This document shows positions 18,158 to 28,762 of a DNA stretch of 64,000 nt, piece after piece. A program made the translations under genes and the position numbers. Each line of letters opens with the position of its first letter. Position 1 is the first letter of the stretch. This stretch comes from Candidatus Pacearchaeota archaeon (GTDB taxonomy: Archaea; Nanobdellota; Nanobdellia; UBA10117; JABICX01): assembly GCA_017608025.1 (NCBI GenBank), contig JAFCGM010000004.1, forward strand, positions 90,744 through 154,743, written 5' to 3'. Below the pieces are notes generated by a model. That model saw only the letters and a program-made list of their open reading frames with translations, was not told where the DNA came from and ran no database searches.

Positions 18158-18913
18158 TTATTGAAAATCTTGCTCTGAATTGCCTATTGCAGACAAGTCT
18201 GCCTCTTGCTGCTCTGGCTCAAAATTAACAATAATTCCATCATCTGTTATGTGCATTGGAATCAAATCTCTTTTTTGCTTTGTTCTTCTTATTTTCAAGA
18301 CCCGAATCATTCTGTCAGTATCTCCGCCCAACCCGCCATAATGCAATGTTGTAACTGAATCAGAAATAAACTCCTCAACACCAAACCTTGAAAGAGAGCC
18401 TCCGCCACTAGAATCAATTGAGCCAGACTCTGTAACTTCTGCAGTCAAAAGTGCTGTAACTCCTGTTTTCTTAACAACTCTCTGCATTTCAAAAAGAAAT
18501 TTTCTAACTTCATATGAATTTCCCATAGCCAATCCCAAAACAGAAGATGAATCAAAAACAACTCTTTTTGCTTGAAAGCTTCTTATTTCATCAATAAGGT
18601 TGTCTGAAAATTTCTTCAAATCATAAGGTGAATGAAAAATAATTTTAGCTCGATTTAATTTTTCAAGCTGTTCAAAATCCCAATTAAAACTTCTTGCATC
18701 TTCAATCAAATCCTCTTTTGTCTGCTCAAAGGAAATGTAAATGCCTCTGTCTCCGTAACTAATTGCGCCATAATAAATAAACTGAAGTGCAAAAATTGTT
18801 TTTCCAGTTCCAGGACCTCCGCTAATCATATTCAAACTACCAGGATAAAATCCCCCCTGAATTAAATTATCAAAACCAGGAACTCCAGTAGGAACTCTTC
18901 TAATATTATTCAT
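18158..18913 (-). CDS. KaiC-like / RecA-superfamily ATPase (archaeal RadA paralogue aRadC-type).
   Basis: Walker A GGPGTGKT, single KaiC-like domain, 251 aa. Confidence 0.7.
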   Translation of the reverse strand: MNNIRRVPTGVPGFDNLIQGGFYPGSLNMISGGPGTGKTIFALQFIYYGAISYGDRGIYISFEQTKEDLIEDARSFNWDFEQLEKLNRAKIIFHSPYDLKKFSDNLIDEIRSFQAKRVVFDSSSVLGLAMGNSYEVRKFLFEMQRVVKKTGVTALLTAEVTESGSIDSSGGGSLSRFGVEEFISDSVTTLHYGGLGGDTDRMIRVLKIRRTKQKRDLIPMHITDDGIIVNFEPEQQEADLSAIGNSEQDFQ

Positions 18914-18960
18914 ATTATCTATCTAGTTGTGTATATATTTAATAGTTTTGTTATAAATAT

Positions 18961-19038
18961 GTTTGGGGTGAAGAAGTGAACTCTTTATTACAATTCACGC
19001 CTGAACTTGTTCAGACCTTTTTGAAAGGGATTCAAGTA
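18961..19038 (+). repeat. Repeat-family element in the divergent promoter region: gtttggggtgaag...[two hairpins]...acctttttgaaagggattcaag.
   Basis: Shares the tttggggt(t)gaagacc...ttt(c/g)aaagggattc ends with elements at 15470-15505, 16208-16245 and 35640-35670. Internal inverted repeats gtgaa...ttcac and ctgaac...gttcag. Confidence 0.5.
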
Positions 19039-19085
19039 TCTAAAAAAACATAAACATTAAATCTAATAAGTTTTAGTTTTATATA

Positions 19086-19988
19086 ATGGTTTTAGAGTCA
19101 ATAATCCCAGTAAACATTGCTGAGGAAAGGCCGATTAAAATTCTTCCTACAAGTTTCATATATGCCACAATAGCCTTGTTCATTGCTTATTGGCTTTTCC
19201 CAACAGAAGCTAGCATGACTCTAATTTTTTTCACAGTAATGGCTTGCCTTCCTCTAATGCTTGGCCTAATCGGACTTGAAAAACTAAAAGCAGAAGCAAT
19301 TTTAAAGGAAATAGTTTTTGACTATGTATCTCAACCAAATAAAAAAACATCAAATCCTTTCAAAACCCACAAAAAATTCTTCCTGTTTATGACATACTTA
19401 ACAATTGGACTTGTTCTTGCATTCACTCTTTGGTATATTGTTCTGCCAACAAATATGGTAAATCTTCTTTTCAATTCCCAAATAAACACAATAAACACAA
19501 TAAACAGCAATGTGTCCCATCTAACTGGAAATGCAATAAACATTATATCTTATTTCAGCATAATACTTACAAACAATCTCAAGGTTTTGATTTTCTGTCT
19601 TCTCTTTTCTTTCATTTATGGAGCAGGAGCAATTTTCATTCTTGTTTGGAACGCCAGTGTTGTATCTATTGCAATTGGAAATTCAATTAGAGGTCTTTTA
19701 AGCAGTTACGCAGCAGCAACTGGAGCAAACACTCTTAGTCAGTATTTCTCTGCCTTCTCTCTTGGACTCTTGCGATATATTGTACATGGAATTCCTGAAA
19801 TCGGAGCATATTTTATTGGTGGGCTTGCTGGAGGAATGATTTCAATTGCAATTATAAAACACGAATTTATGAGTCCTAAATTCAAAATAATTTTAATGGA
19901 CGCCCTCCTGCTAATGCTAATTTCTGTCGGGCTTCTAATCCTTGCCGCACTTATAGAAACCTTTATCAGTCCACTAATTCCTATTTAA
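19086..19988 (+). CDS. SpoIIM-like (DUF95 family) polytopic membrane protein, paralogue 1.
   Basis: Multi-TM protein. Conserved core NNLKVLIFCLLFSFIYGAGAIFILVWNASVV is shared with the downstream paralogue. Confidence 0.5.
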   Translation: MVLESIIPVNIAEERPIKILPTSFIYATIALFIAYWLFPTEASMTLIFFTVMACLPLMLGLIGLEKLKAEAILKEIVFDYVSQPNKKTSNPFKTHKKFFLFMTYLTIGLVLAFTLWYIVLPTNMVNLLFNSQINTINTINSNVSHLTGNAINIISYFSIILTNNLKVLIFCLLFSFIYGAGAIFILVWNASVVSIAIGNSIRGLLSSYAAATGANTLSQYFSAFSLGLLRYIVHGIPEIGAYFIGGLAGGMISIAIIKHEFMSPKFKIILMDALLLMLISVGLLILAALIETFISPLIPI

Positions 19989-20331
19989 GTCATTGTTCTT
20001 TTGATGAAATTTTTTCAAAAAGTTTCCGCCAGCGCTTTTTCTAAAAGGGGCTTTTTTCTTTTCCGCAGCCGCTTTTTCTAAAAGGGGCTTTGGGGTTGGA
20101 AGACCTCTAAATTAGTTTTCTTTTTAGGACGGGTTTTTCTTTTTCTAAAAGAAAAAAGCATTTGGGAATGCAAACACTTTTCTAAAGGGTTTGCAGAGGC
20201 GTTCATCAGTCCGCTAATTCCTATTTAAGTCATTGTTCTTTTGATGAAATTTTTTTCCAAAATTTCAATTTTTTGCGAGCTTTGTTCTTGCTCTAAGAAA
20301 GCTTAAATAATACTCTTACTACAATTAATTT
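19965..20331 (+). repeat. Composite repeat element between the SpoIIM paralogues, flanked by a 52-bp direct duplication of the paralogue-1 3' end (19965-20016 and 20205-20258). It contains tandem ttccgc(c/a)agc(g/c)gctttttctaaaaggggct units and the terminal gggaatgcaaacacttttctaaagggtttgc hairpin.
   Basis: Direct repeats read directly from the sequence. The terminal hairpin GCAAAC...GTTTGC abuts the second target copy, as at the Hef and radA loci. Confidence 0.6.
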
Positions 20332-21174
20332 ATGGTTTTAGAATCAATAATTCCAATAAAAACAGCAGAAAAGCAACCAATAGAAATGCTGCCTCTGGCT
20401 TTTTTGTATGCTTCAATTGGAATTTTCATTGGATACTGGATTTTTCCAAATTACGCAAGCCTCTCTTCTGTTTTCTTCACAGTCCTTGCTCTAGTGCCTT
20501 TAATGGTAAGTTTCATAAAATTCGAGGAAAAAGATGTTTTCAAAAAGCAGGAAAAATGGCATCACAAAAAAGCAATTCCTTTTTTTTGCTTTATGTTTCT
20601 CGGCCTTGTTTTTGCTTATTCATTTTGGTTCATAGTGTTCCCTTCTTCTCTAATTGGAAGTGTTTTTGGAATTCAGCTTAACACAATAAATCAAATAAAC
20701 AGCCAAGTAACTGGAAATTCTGCAGCAGTATCGTTTTTTTCAGCAATTTTATCAAACAATCTCAAGGTTTTGATTTTCTGTCTTCTCTTTTCTTTCATTT
20801 ACGGAGCAGGAGCAATTTTCATTCTTGTTTGGAATGCAAGCGTGGTTTCAGCAGCAATTGGAAATGGAGCTAGAGCATTAATTTCAAAACTTGTAGAAAC
20901 AACAAACCTACCAGGAATTGCAGTGTATTTCTCTGCCTTCTCTCTTGGGTTACTTAGGTATATGTCTCATGGAATTTTCGAAATGATTGGCTATTTCCTA
21001 GGCGGGCTTGCTGGTGGACTGATTTCTGTTGCAATTCTCCGTCACGAATTTATGGATAATAATTTCAAAAAAGTAATGCTCGATTCATTAACCTTAACTC
21101 TTTTTTCAATAGCAGTTTTGATTCTGGCTGCAGTAATAGAAGTTACTTTCTCACCCTTAATTCCATTTAAATAA
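20332..21174 (+). CDS. SpoIIM-like (DUF95) membrane protein, paralogue 2.
   Basis: ~45% identical to 19086-19988 overall, but shares an 83-bp tract (20755-20837) with only 2 mismatches to 19572-19654. Confidence 0.5.
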   Translation: MVLESIIPIKTAEKQPIEMLPLAFLYASIGIFIGYWIFPNYASLSSVFFTVLALVPLMVSFIKFEEKDVFKKQEKWHHKKAIPFFCFMFLGLVFAYSFWFIVFPSSLIGSVFGIQLNTINQINSQVTGNSAAVSFFSAILSNNLKVLIFCLLFSFIYGAGAIFILVWNASVVSAAIGNGARALISKLVETTNLPGIAVYFSAFSLGLLRYMSHGIFEMIGYFLGGLAGGLISVAILRHEFMDNNFKKVMLDSLTLTLFSIAVLILAAVIEVTFSPLIPFK

Positions 21175-21205
21175 TCTTTTTATATGTAAAGCTAAAAATA
21201 AAGAA

Positions 21206-23782
21206 ATGGACGAACTTCCCGAACAAAATCAGGAAATAATTGAAAAAAGAAAGAAAAAAATATTAAATTTCCTAAAAAAATTCTCAAAAGGAAAAGATTT
21301 TCTTGAAAATCCATTTGTAAGCATTGGCGCAATAATTTTCACAATAATTTTAGGAGTTTACATTCGAATTCAAAATCTTCCGCATCTTGCAAACAAATAC
21401 CTTCTCGGTCTTGACCCTTACTTTTTCTTTCGCTATGCTCAAACTCTTTTTGAGAAAGGTACTCTTCCAGTAATTGACTATATGCGTTATTCTCCAGTAG
21501 GCTACCCAACTGCAAAATTTAGTGTTTTAACTCATTTATTTGTTTATTCTTACAAAATTGCAAACCTATTTTATCCAATGACACAAAAACAATGGCACAT
21601 AATTTATCCTCCAGTTATAACTGCAATCTCTTTTGTATTTTTCTTTCTAATGCTTGCAAAGCTTTTCAATAAAAAAACCGCAATAATTGGAACAGCCCTT
21701 TTAGCAACAATTCCTGCTTATATATATAGAACTGGTGCAGGATTTGCTGACCACGAAGCTTTTGCCATGCTTTTCATGTTTGCAGCAATGTATTTTTTTG
21801 TCCTTGCATTCAAATCACTAAAAGCAAAGAAAATAATTATTTTTTCAATAATGTCTACAATTTCCGCATCTCTTATGGCTGCTTCATGGGGTGGAGTAAA
21901 ATTCTTAACAGTTTCACTAGCAATATTTTTGTTTACTCTCTCTTTCCTCTCAACTCTAAGCAAAAAGCAAATTATTTCCAGCAGCATATTTATTTTACTT
22001 TTTATCCCGCTAAGTTCTCTCACAACAACACTTTCAATCAAAATTTCTGCTTTAACTTCAATAGATAATCTTATTCTTCTGGCAGCACTTGGCTTTGTAA
22101 TCATAACTCAATTTGTAAAGCAAACAAAAAATCCAAAAATCAAAGAATATTTGTCAAAAACAAAACTGCCTAATTCAATAAACGGAACAATAATTTATAT
22201 AATTTTCAGCATTCCTGTTTTATTAATTTCAATTATAACAGGCATTTTTAATCCGCAGACAATCATAGAAAACCTCTTTGGTGTTGGACTTTCAAGATTT
22301 CAGACAACTGTTTCTGAAAGTATGGTGCCGCAAATCAAAGCTTCATGGATGTCTTCTAGCGCTTTTGGAACAATAACTTTTCTTTTAATATTCATAAGCG
22401 CAGTTTTCCTGATATATTGCATTTTCAAAAACTCAAAAAGAAATGCAGTTGTTTTCAGTTCAATAACTTCAATTTTCTTTTTGATTTTCATCGGAAGCAA
22501 TTATTCTGGAGATTTCCAGAGAAAAGCAATTGGTTACTTTCTTGCCCACTCTTACATGTATTTATTAATATTACTCTTTGCAGGAGCTGCAGTTTATTAT
22601 GTTTACATTTACAAAAAAAGCAAATCAAACTTTGAAAAATTTTCACAAATAAAATGGCAGAACATATTTATTCTTTCCTTCTTTTTAGTAAGCCTTCTTG
22701 TCGCAAAAGGAAGCACTCGACTTTTATTTGCACTGGCTCCTTTTGCAATGATTGTAATTGCCTTTTTCTTCTCAAAACTTATTGAAAAATCTCTGGCAAA
22801 CAAAAAAATAATTTGGATTTCGTTTGTGGTTGGAATCCTCTTTATTATTATAATTATAAGCAATTCAAAAGCAAGTTACATACTTAATTCATACGCTGGT
22901 TCTGGCTATCCTGGCCAATGGGAGTCTTCAATGACTTTCTTAAGAGAAAACACTTCTGAAGATTCTGTAATTGCTCATTGGTGGGATTATGGCTACTGGA
23001 CACAAACAGAAGGTAAAAGAACAACAGTTGGAGATGGTGGAAATCTTATGGGATGGAACCATCAGCTTGGAAGATATGCTATGACTGGAAAAAACGAAAC
23101 AGAATATTTAGCATACTTAAAGACACACAAAGTCACTCATCTTCTTTACTCTGAAGAGGAAATTGGAAAATATCATGCTTTCTCATTTATTGGTTCTGAC
23201 GAAAACCTAGATAGGGAAAGTACAATTGGAATTTTCAGCTTAAGAGATGTAAAAGAAGTAAGAAACGGAACTCGTTATATATATCAAAGCGCATGGGGGC
23301 TTGACAAGGATTATGTAATCGGAAATACTGTTTTTGAGCAAGGTGCAGACGCTTTGCTTGGACTTTCATATGACTTAAGAAACAACAAGACAGAAAATCC
23401 ACTAGCATACTTGTACAGAAACGGGCAGCAATACTCTTTCCCTGCAGAATGCGTGTGCTATGACTCAAAATGCAGGCACTATGAATCTAAAGAAAATTCT
23501 TTCCCTGGCTGCTTTGTAATTGCTCCATTCTTTTCACAAGAAAATGTTAATGAACGAGGAACAGCATTTTATTTGTCTCCAAAAGTTAATGGAGGATTGT
23601 TTGCAGAACTTTATATAAAAAACCAAAAACTGCCATACTTCAATGAAGTTTACAACGACAAAACACCTCTCGGGCTTTACAATGGAAGGCTTATTGGTCC
23701 AATAAGAATTTGGGAAGTTTCATATCCTTCTTGGGTTAAGGAAGAACCTAACAAATACATTAAAAGAAGTGTGTATGGCTAA
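21206..23782 (+). CDS. aglB: Archaeal oligosaccharyltransferase AglB (STT3 family).
   Basis: 13-TM N-terminal domain followed by a periplasmic domain carrying the diagnostic WWDYGYW motif. 858 aa. Confidence 0.85.
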   Translation: MDELPEQNQEIIEKRKKKILNFLKKFSKGKDFLENPFVSIGAIIFTIILGVYIRIQNLPHLANKYLLGLDPYFFFRYAQTLFEKGTLPVIDYMRYSPVGYPTAKFSVLTHLFVYSYKIANLFYPMTQKQWHIIYPPVITAISFVFFFLMLAKLFNKKTAIIGTALLATIPAYIYRTGAGFADHEAFAMLFMFAAMYFFVLAFKSLKAKKIIIFSIMSTISASLMAASWGGVKFLTVSLAIFLFTLSFLSTLSKKQIISSSIFILLFIPLSSLTTTLSIKISALTSIDNLILLAALGFVIITQFVKQTKNPKIKEYLSKTKLPNSINGTIIYIIFSIPVLLISIITGIFNPQTIIENLFGVGLSRFQTTVSESMVPQIKASWMSSSAFGTITFLLIFISAVFLIYCIFKNSKRNAVVFSSITSIFFLIFIGSNYSGDFQRKAIGYFLAHSYMYLLILLFAGAAVYYVYIYKKSKSNFEKFSQIKWQNIFILSFFLVSLLVAKGSTRLLFALAPFAMIVIAFFFSKLIEKSLANKKIIWISFVVGILFIIIIISNSKASYILNSYAGSGYPGQWESSMTFLRENTSEDSVIAHWWDYGYWTQTEGKRTTVGDGGNLMGWNHQLGRYAMTGKNETEYLAYLKTHKVTHLLYSEEEIGKYHAFSFIGSDENLDRESTIGIFSLRDVKEVRNGTRYIYQSAWGLDKDYVIGNTVFEQGADALLGLSYDLRNNKTENPLAYLYRNGQQYSFPAECVCYDSKCRHYESKENSFPGCFVIAPFFSQENVNERGTAFYLSPKVNGGLFAELYIKNQKLPYFNEVYNDKTPLGLYNGRLIGPIRIWEVSYPSWVKEEPNKYIKRSVYG

Positions 23783-23822
23783 ATACAAAACCTTTTAAGC
23801 ATTTTTACTAATATGAAATATT

Positions 23823-24824
23823 ATGGCGGAAATATTAATCATAAGCGCATTAGTAAGTTTTTTAATCACTTTAGCATTCACACCAAGAACAATCTCTTTT
23901 TTTAATAAAATAGGTCTCTCTGCAAAAGACATTCACAAAAAAAACGCTCCGCTTATTGCTCGCGGAGCAGGAATACCAGTTATTGTCGGAATATTCGCAG
24001 CCATATCTGCTGTAATTTTCATTCAGACTTTTATTCTAAAAAACTCAGAGCCAGTAATATCGCTTCTAGCAGGTCTATTAACTCTTTTAATAATAACAAT
24101 TTCAGGATTTATAGATGACTTTGCATCAATAAAAGACAAGTCAGCATACAAGGAAAATGAAAATGGTCGTCTTCCTCAATGGATTAAAATGATAATTGTT
24201 ATTCCAGCAGCAATCCCTTTAATGGTCATATCTGCAGGAACTTCAACAATGAATGTTCCTTTGCTTGGGCAAGTAAATTTCGGAATTCTCTATCCGCTTT
24301 TTCTGGTTCCTCTTGCTATTTTCGGTGCAGCAAACATGGTTAATCTCCTTGAAGGTCTTAATGGAACAGCATCTGGTCTTGGAATTATTTACACTGGAAT
24401 GCTTGGACTTTATGCTGCAGTTCATGGAAGGTATATAGCAGCCATCTTCGCATTTTCAGTCTTTGGTTCACTGCTTGCAATTTGGAGATTCCACAAAGCA
24501 CCTGCAAAAATTCTTGCTGGAGACTCTCTAACTTACTTGCTCGGAGCATCCCTTGCAATAATCGCAATCCTGGGAAACATGGAAAAAGCAGCACTAATTG
24601 TATCTATTCCTTTTGTAATTGAATTCATATTGAAAATGCGCGGAAAACTAAAAAAAGAAACTCTTGGCTACTTGCTCCCAAATGGAAACATTAAGTCAAA
24701 ATATTCAAAAATCTATTCTCTTCCACACATCTGGATGATTAAAGGAGATTTCACAGAAAAGCAAATAGTTTATCTTCTTATGAGTCTTGAATTAATCTTT
24801 TCATTATTAATTTGGGTGGTATAA
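23823..24824 (+). CDS. Polyprenyl-phosphate N-acetylhexosamine-1-phosphate transferase (MraY/WecA family; AglH-like) that initiates the dolichol-linked glycan.
   Basis: Motifs DIHKKNAPLIARGAGIPV, ISGFIDDF, MVNLLEGLNGTASGL. Confidence 0.7.
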   Translation: MAEILIISALVSFLITLAFTPRTISFFNKIGLSAKDIHKKNAPLIARGAGIPVIVGIFAAISAVIFIQTFILKNSEPVISLLAGLLTLLIITISGFIDDFASIKDKSAYKENENGRLPQWIKMIIVIPAAIPLMVISAGTSTMNVPLLGQVNFGILYPLFLVPLAIFGAANMVNLLEGLNGTASGLGIIYTGMLGLYAAVHGRYIAAIFAFSVFGSLLAIWRFHKAPAKILAGDSLTYLLGASLAIIAILGNMEKAALIVSIPFVIEFILKMRGKLKKETLGYLLPNGNIKSKYSKIYSLPHIWMIKGDFTEKQIVYLLMSLELIFSLLIWVV

Positions 24825-25594
24825 TGGACTTATCTTTAATAATTCCAGCATATAATGAAGAAAAAACAATTGAAAAAGTTGTTATGAATTACTATAAATT
24901 ATTTAAAAAAAAGAAACTGGATTTTGAAATAATCCTTTCAGTTGACGGATGCAAAGACAGAACACCGCAAATAGCAAAAAAACTTGCAAAAAAACACAAG
25001 CAAATAAAAACAAATTTTTCCAAAGAAAAAAGAGGAAAAGGCGGCGGAGTGTTCAGCGCATTTCCAAAAGCTAAAGGAAAATTCATTGGAATAACAGATT
25101 CTGATGAATCTGTTTCTCCTGAGCAATTTTATGAAATGTTTTCTCAAAAGCAAAACGCAGATGTAGTCATTGGTTCTCGATGGCTTCCGCAATCAAAAAA
25201 CATTGGCTCTTCTCTTTTTAGAAAATTCCTTGGACGCGGATTCAACTATTACATACGGCTGCTGTTTTTCCTTCCTTACAGAGACACGCAATGCGGCTCA
25301 AAAATAATAAAAAGAAAATTAATAAAGCCAATACAAAATCAGTTAAGAATTACAGATTGGGCGTGGGATATAAATCTCCTCTATCTTCTGAAAAAGCAGG
25401 AAGCAAAAGTAATGGAATACCCAATTACTTGGATAAATTCAGACAGGAAAAGCAAATTCAATTACAAAAAAGCAGTGCTTCAAATGGCACTCTCAACTCT
25501 TCGACTTAGATTAATTTATTCTCCAATTTCAAGACTCAGAATTCCTGGACTGAGAAAAGTTAAAGGAAAAATATACTGCTTGCTTGAAAATTAA
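24812..25594 (+). CDS. Family 2 glycosyltransferase (dolichyl-phosphate sugar synthase-like).
   Basis: GT-A fold N-terminus (LIIPAYNEE, DGCKD). Overlaps the upstream gene. Confidence 0.65.
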   Translation: MGGIMDLSLIIPAYNEEKTIEKVVMNYYKLFKKKKLDFEIILSVDGCKDRTPQIAKKLAKKHKQIKTNFSKEKRGKGGGVFSAFPKAKGKFIGITDSDESVSPEQFYEMFSQKQNADVVIGSRWLPQSKNIGSSLFRKFLGRGFNYYIRLLFFLPYRDTQCGSKIIKRKLIKPIQNQLRITDWAWDINLLYLLKKQEAKVMEYPITWINSDRKSKFNYKKAVLQMALSTLRLRLIYSPISRLRIPGLRKVKGKIYCLLEN

Positions 25595-25628
25595 AAACAA
25601 TTTTAAAGCTTAAAAAAATAATCTTAAT

Positions 25629-26738
25629 ATGAAAATTCTTGTCCTTAACTGGAAATCCTGGAAGGATTCTGAAGCAGGTGGAGGAGAACATAATGCATAT
25701 TATCTTTCAAAATATCTTATTTCTAAAGGAAATCAAGTAACATATTTTTGTAGAAAAAGCAAATCTTCTGAGCAAAAAAACATCATCCCAAAAAAGGACA
25801 GGAAAAACAGCATAAAAATAATTGAAAAGGGAAACAAATTAACTGTTTACATCTGGGCGATACTCTACTACATTTTCAAATTAAGAAAAAACACTAATTT
25901 CATTGTAGAATACTGCAACGGAATTCCGTGGTTCACTCCGATTTTTTCAAGAAAACCAAAAATTCTGATTATGCACCATGTTCTGGGAAAACTCTGGTTT
26001 AAAATAAAAGAGCCAGGATTTCCGTTTTATTATTTAGGATATTTCATAGAAAATAAATTAATGCCCGTAATTTACAAAAAAACAAAAACAATAGCAGTTT
26101 CTCCCAGCACAAAAAAAGATTTAATTAAAATTGGTTTCAAGAAAAAAAATATAACAGTATCATATAGTGGAATTTCTGGAAAATTATCTAAAGGAATAAA
26201 AAGCAGAAAACCTCTAATTGTGTATGTTGGTAGAATAAAAAGTTACAAGAACATTGAAAAAATGATTGATGTTTGTAAAGAATTAAACATCTGCGGCGAG
26301 ATAATTGGCCAAGGAAATCACCTGCCAAAATTAAAAAAATACACTAAAAAAATAAAAGCAACAAATCTAATAAAATTCCGGGGATTTGTGTCTGAAAATG
26401 AAAAAATAAAAGCATTCCAAAAAGCTTGGATTTTCATAATGCCCTCTTTAAGAGAAGGATGGGGTCTAACTGCAATTGAGGCTAATAAATGCGGAACTCC
26501 AGTTATTGCATTCAATGTAAAGGGATTGAAAGATGCTATTAAAAACAATTATTCTGGATACCTATGCAAAAACTATAACCAAATAAAACAAAAAGCAAAA
26601 GAGATAATAAAAAATAAAAATCTGAGAAAAAAGCTAGAAAAAAGCTCAGAAAAATGGGCTTCTCAATTTAATTGGGAAAATTATTCAGAAAAAATTTACA
26701 ATGAGATTGAAAAAATTGCTAAGAAAAATAATAAGTAG
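25629..26738 (+). CDS. GT-B fold glycosyltransferase (GT4 family).
   Basis: C-terminal EGWGLTAIEANKCGTPVIA (E-X7-E) motif. Confidence 0.7.
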   Translation: MKILVLNWKSWKDSEAGGGEHNAYYLSKYLISKGNQVTYFCRKSKSSEQKNIIPKKDRKNSIKIIEKGNKLTVYIWAILYYIFKLRKNTNFIVEYCNGIPWFTPIFSRKPKILIMHHVLGKLWFKIKEPGFPFYYLGYFIENKLMPVIYKKTKTIAVSPSTKKDLIKIGFKKKNITVSYSGISGKLSKGIKSRKPLIVYVGRIKSYKNIEKMIDVCKELNICGEIIGQGNHLPKLKKYTKKIKATNLIKFRGFVSENEKIKAFQKAWIFIMPSLREGWGLTAIEANKCGTPVIAFNVKGLKDAIKNNYSGYLCKNYNQIKQKAKEIIKNKNLRKKLEKSSEKWASQFNWENYSEKIYNEIEKIAKKNNK

Positions 26739-27978
26739 TTATTCAGAACTGTTGAAAATGAGTTCTGTCTTCATTACAGGTATCTTTATCTTTAACTTTT
26801 TCAATTATTTGTTTCAGTTAGTATCTGCAAGATTTCTTGGTCCTGCATTTTACGGGGAAGTCGGAGCAATTCTTTCAATAATGTATTTGTTTACAATCCC
26901 CAGTGAAATAATAGGAACATCAATAATAACATTTGGTTCAAAATTGAAAGTTAAAAAGCAGTTCGGAAAATTGAAATCTTTTTTTAAGTTCTCAATAAAA
27001 ACCACAGCAATATTTTTCTCAGTATCCACATTAATCCTTCTTTTGCTAACTCCTTTAATTTCAAATTTCCTAAAGCTGTCATCTACTATACCTTTAATTA
27101 TATTCTTTATATTCATTTTAACAATGATTCCTACACTGACAAACCGCGCCTTTATGCAGACTTCATTGAAATTCACTTCCCTTAGTGTAAATATAGTAGC
27201 AGAATCTCTGCTTAAATTTTCCTTAGCTCTTTTGTTTCTCTTTTTGGGCTTTAAAATAACAGGAATCTTTGTTGCTGTTCTGATGGCAGGATTAATAACA
27301 GCAATCCTTTCCTTTATTCCAATAAGAAAAATATTTTCTTACAAAGCAAAGAAAATTAACACCAAAAAGATACTAACTTCATCAAAAAGCATTTCTCTAA
27401 TTTTAATTGGAATAACTGCAATGTACTCTGTAGATATTCTTCTTGCAAAGCATTTCCTTCTTCCAGAGCAAGCAGGATTTTATGCTGCTCTTTCATTGTT
27501 TGGAAAAACAATTTTCTTCGGTTCTTTTGCAGTAATAAAAGTCATGTTTGCGCAGCTCTTTGAAAAGAGCAAGTTAGAAAAAAGAAAGCTTGTTCTAAAA
27601 GCACTTTCACTGCTAATTCTTGGCTCAGCAATAGCTTTATTTGTCTTTTTGATTTTCCCAGCACAGCTTGTTACGCTCCTGCTCGGAAAAGAATATCTTC
27701 CAATGGCAAAATACCTTTTCAAATTCGGTCTTGCAATGACTTTGTTTTCAATATCATATTTAATAGCTCATTACAACATATCAAAGCAAAGCAAGAAAGG
27801 GACAATTATCTTCCCGGTTTTCGCACTTATTGAAATTATTTTAATAATCTTAATGAGTCAATCTCTAGCATCAATAACAAATGCTATTTTAATAACAATG
27901 TCTCTACTGTTTGTTGTAACAATAGTGTTGCCTGGAATAAAAAAAATAGGAGAAATACTGAAAAATGAAATTAGTTAG
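26701..27978 (+). CDS. Oligosaccharide flippase (Wzx/MOP superfamily). Probable true start at MSSVF (26758).
   Basis: ~12 TM helices, no soluble domain, in a glycosylation cluster. Confidence 0.55.
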   Translation: MRLKKLLRKIISSYSELLKMSSVFITGIFIFNFFNYLFQLVSARFLGPAFYGEVGAILSIMYLFTIPSEIIGTSIITFGSKLKVKKQFGKLKSFFKFSIKTTAIFFSVSTLILLLLTPLISNFLKLSSTIPLIIFFIFILTMIPTLTNRAFMQTSLKFTSLSVNIVAESLLKFSLALLFLFLGFKITGIFVAVLMAGLITAILSFIPIRKIFSYKAKKINTKKILTSSKSISLILIGITAMYSVDILLAKHFLLPEQAGFYAALSLFGKTIFFGSFAVIKVMFAQLFEKSKLEKRKLVLKALSLLILGSAIALFVFLIFPAQLVTLLLGKEYLPMAKYLFKFGLAMTLFSISYLIAHYNISKQSKKGTIIFPVFALIEIILIILMSQSLASITNAILITMSLLFVVTIVLPGIKKIGEILKNEIS

Positions 27979-28762
27979 TATAGTAATTCCAACATACAAC
28001 AATGAAGAAACAATAGAAAAATGCATAAAAACACTTAAGAATCAAACATATCTAAAAATAGAAATAATTGTTGTTGACAATCTAAGCAAAGACAAAACAC
28101 CGCAAATCTGCAAAAAATTCAAAGTAAAACTAATTTCAAAAAAATCAACAAGAACTCAAGCAAGGAACATTGGAATAAAAAAAGCTCGCGGAGATTTTAT
28201 TTTCAACATTGACTCTGACATGTACTTCCCAAAAAATTTAATTTCAGAATGCATCAAAAAAATTGAAAAATATGATGCTTTGTGTGTTGATGAAAAATCA
28301 ATAGGCACTGGATTCTGGTCAAAAGTTCGTTCATTTGAAAGATCTCTTTATTCTGGAAATGAAAATATAGATGCTGCTCGATTTGTAAAAAAGAACATAT
28401 TTACAAAAATAAACGGTTATGATGAAAAGTTAAATTTTGGCGAAGACTGGGACATACATTCTAGAATAAAAAAAGCAGGTTTCAAAATTGGTCGCCTAGA
28501 AAATCCAAAAATACTTCATGATGAAGGAAAATTAACATTAAAAAAAGCATACAAGTCAAAAAAATTCTACGGAAAATCTATGAAAAAATTCTTTGAAAAA
28601 AACCCGCAAAGAAAATCCCAAATCTACAGCGCAAAAAATATCATTGTAAATGTAATTCTTAAGAATTGGAAGAAAATAATTTTCCACCCAATTCTATTCA
28701 TAGCAGCAGCAATCCTGAAAACAACAGAATACATCGGCGCCTGGAGGGGAATAAAAAAATGA
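27965..28762 (+). CDS. Family 2 glycosyltransferase.
   Basis: N-terminus VSIVIPTYNNEETIEKCI, DSD motif. Confidence 0.7.
   Translation: MKLVSIVIPTYNNEETIEKCIKTLKNQTYLKIEIIVVDNLSKDKTPQICKKFKVKLISKKSTRTQARNIGIKKARGDFIFNIDSDMYFPKNLISECIKKIEKYDALCVDEKSIGTGFWSKVRSFERSLYSGNENIDAARFVKKNIFTKINGYDEKLNFGEDWDIHSRIKKAGFKIGRLENPKILHDEGKLTLKKAYKSKKFYGKSMKKFFEKNPQRKSQIYSAKNIIVNVILKNWKKIIFHPILFIAAAILKTTEYIGAWRGIKK

Noticed and set aside
25291-25509. Several small internal or antisense ORFs from the track, inside confidently assigned genes. Examples: 25291-25509, 37328-37510, 53549-53842, 54548-54748.
   Set aside because: They are embedded in or antisense to well-supported CDSs in an AT-rich genome where long spurious ORFs are common. 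No motifs support them.
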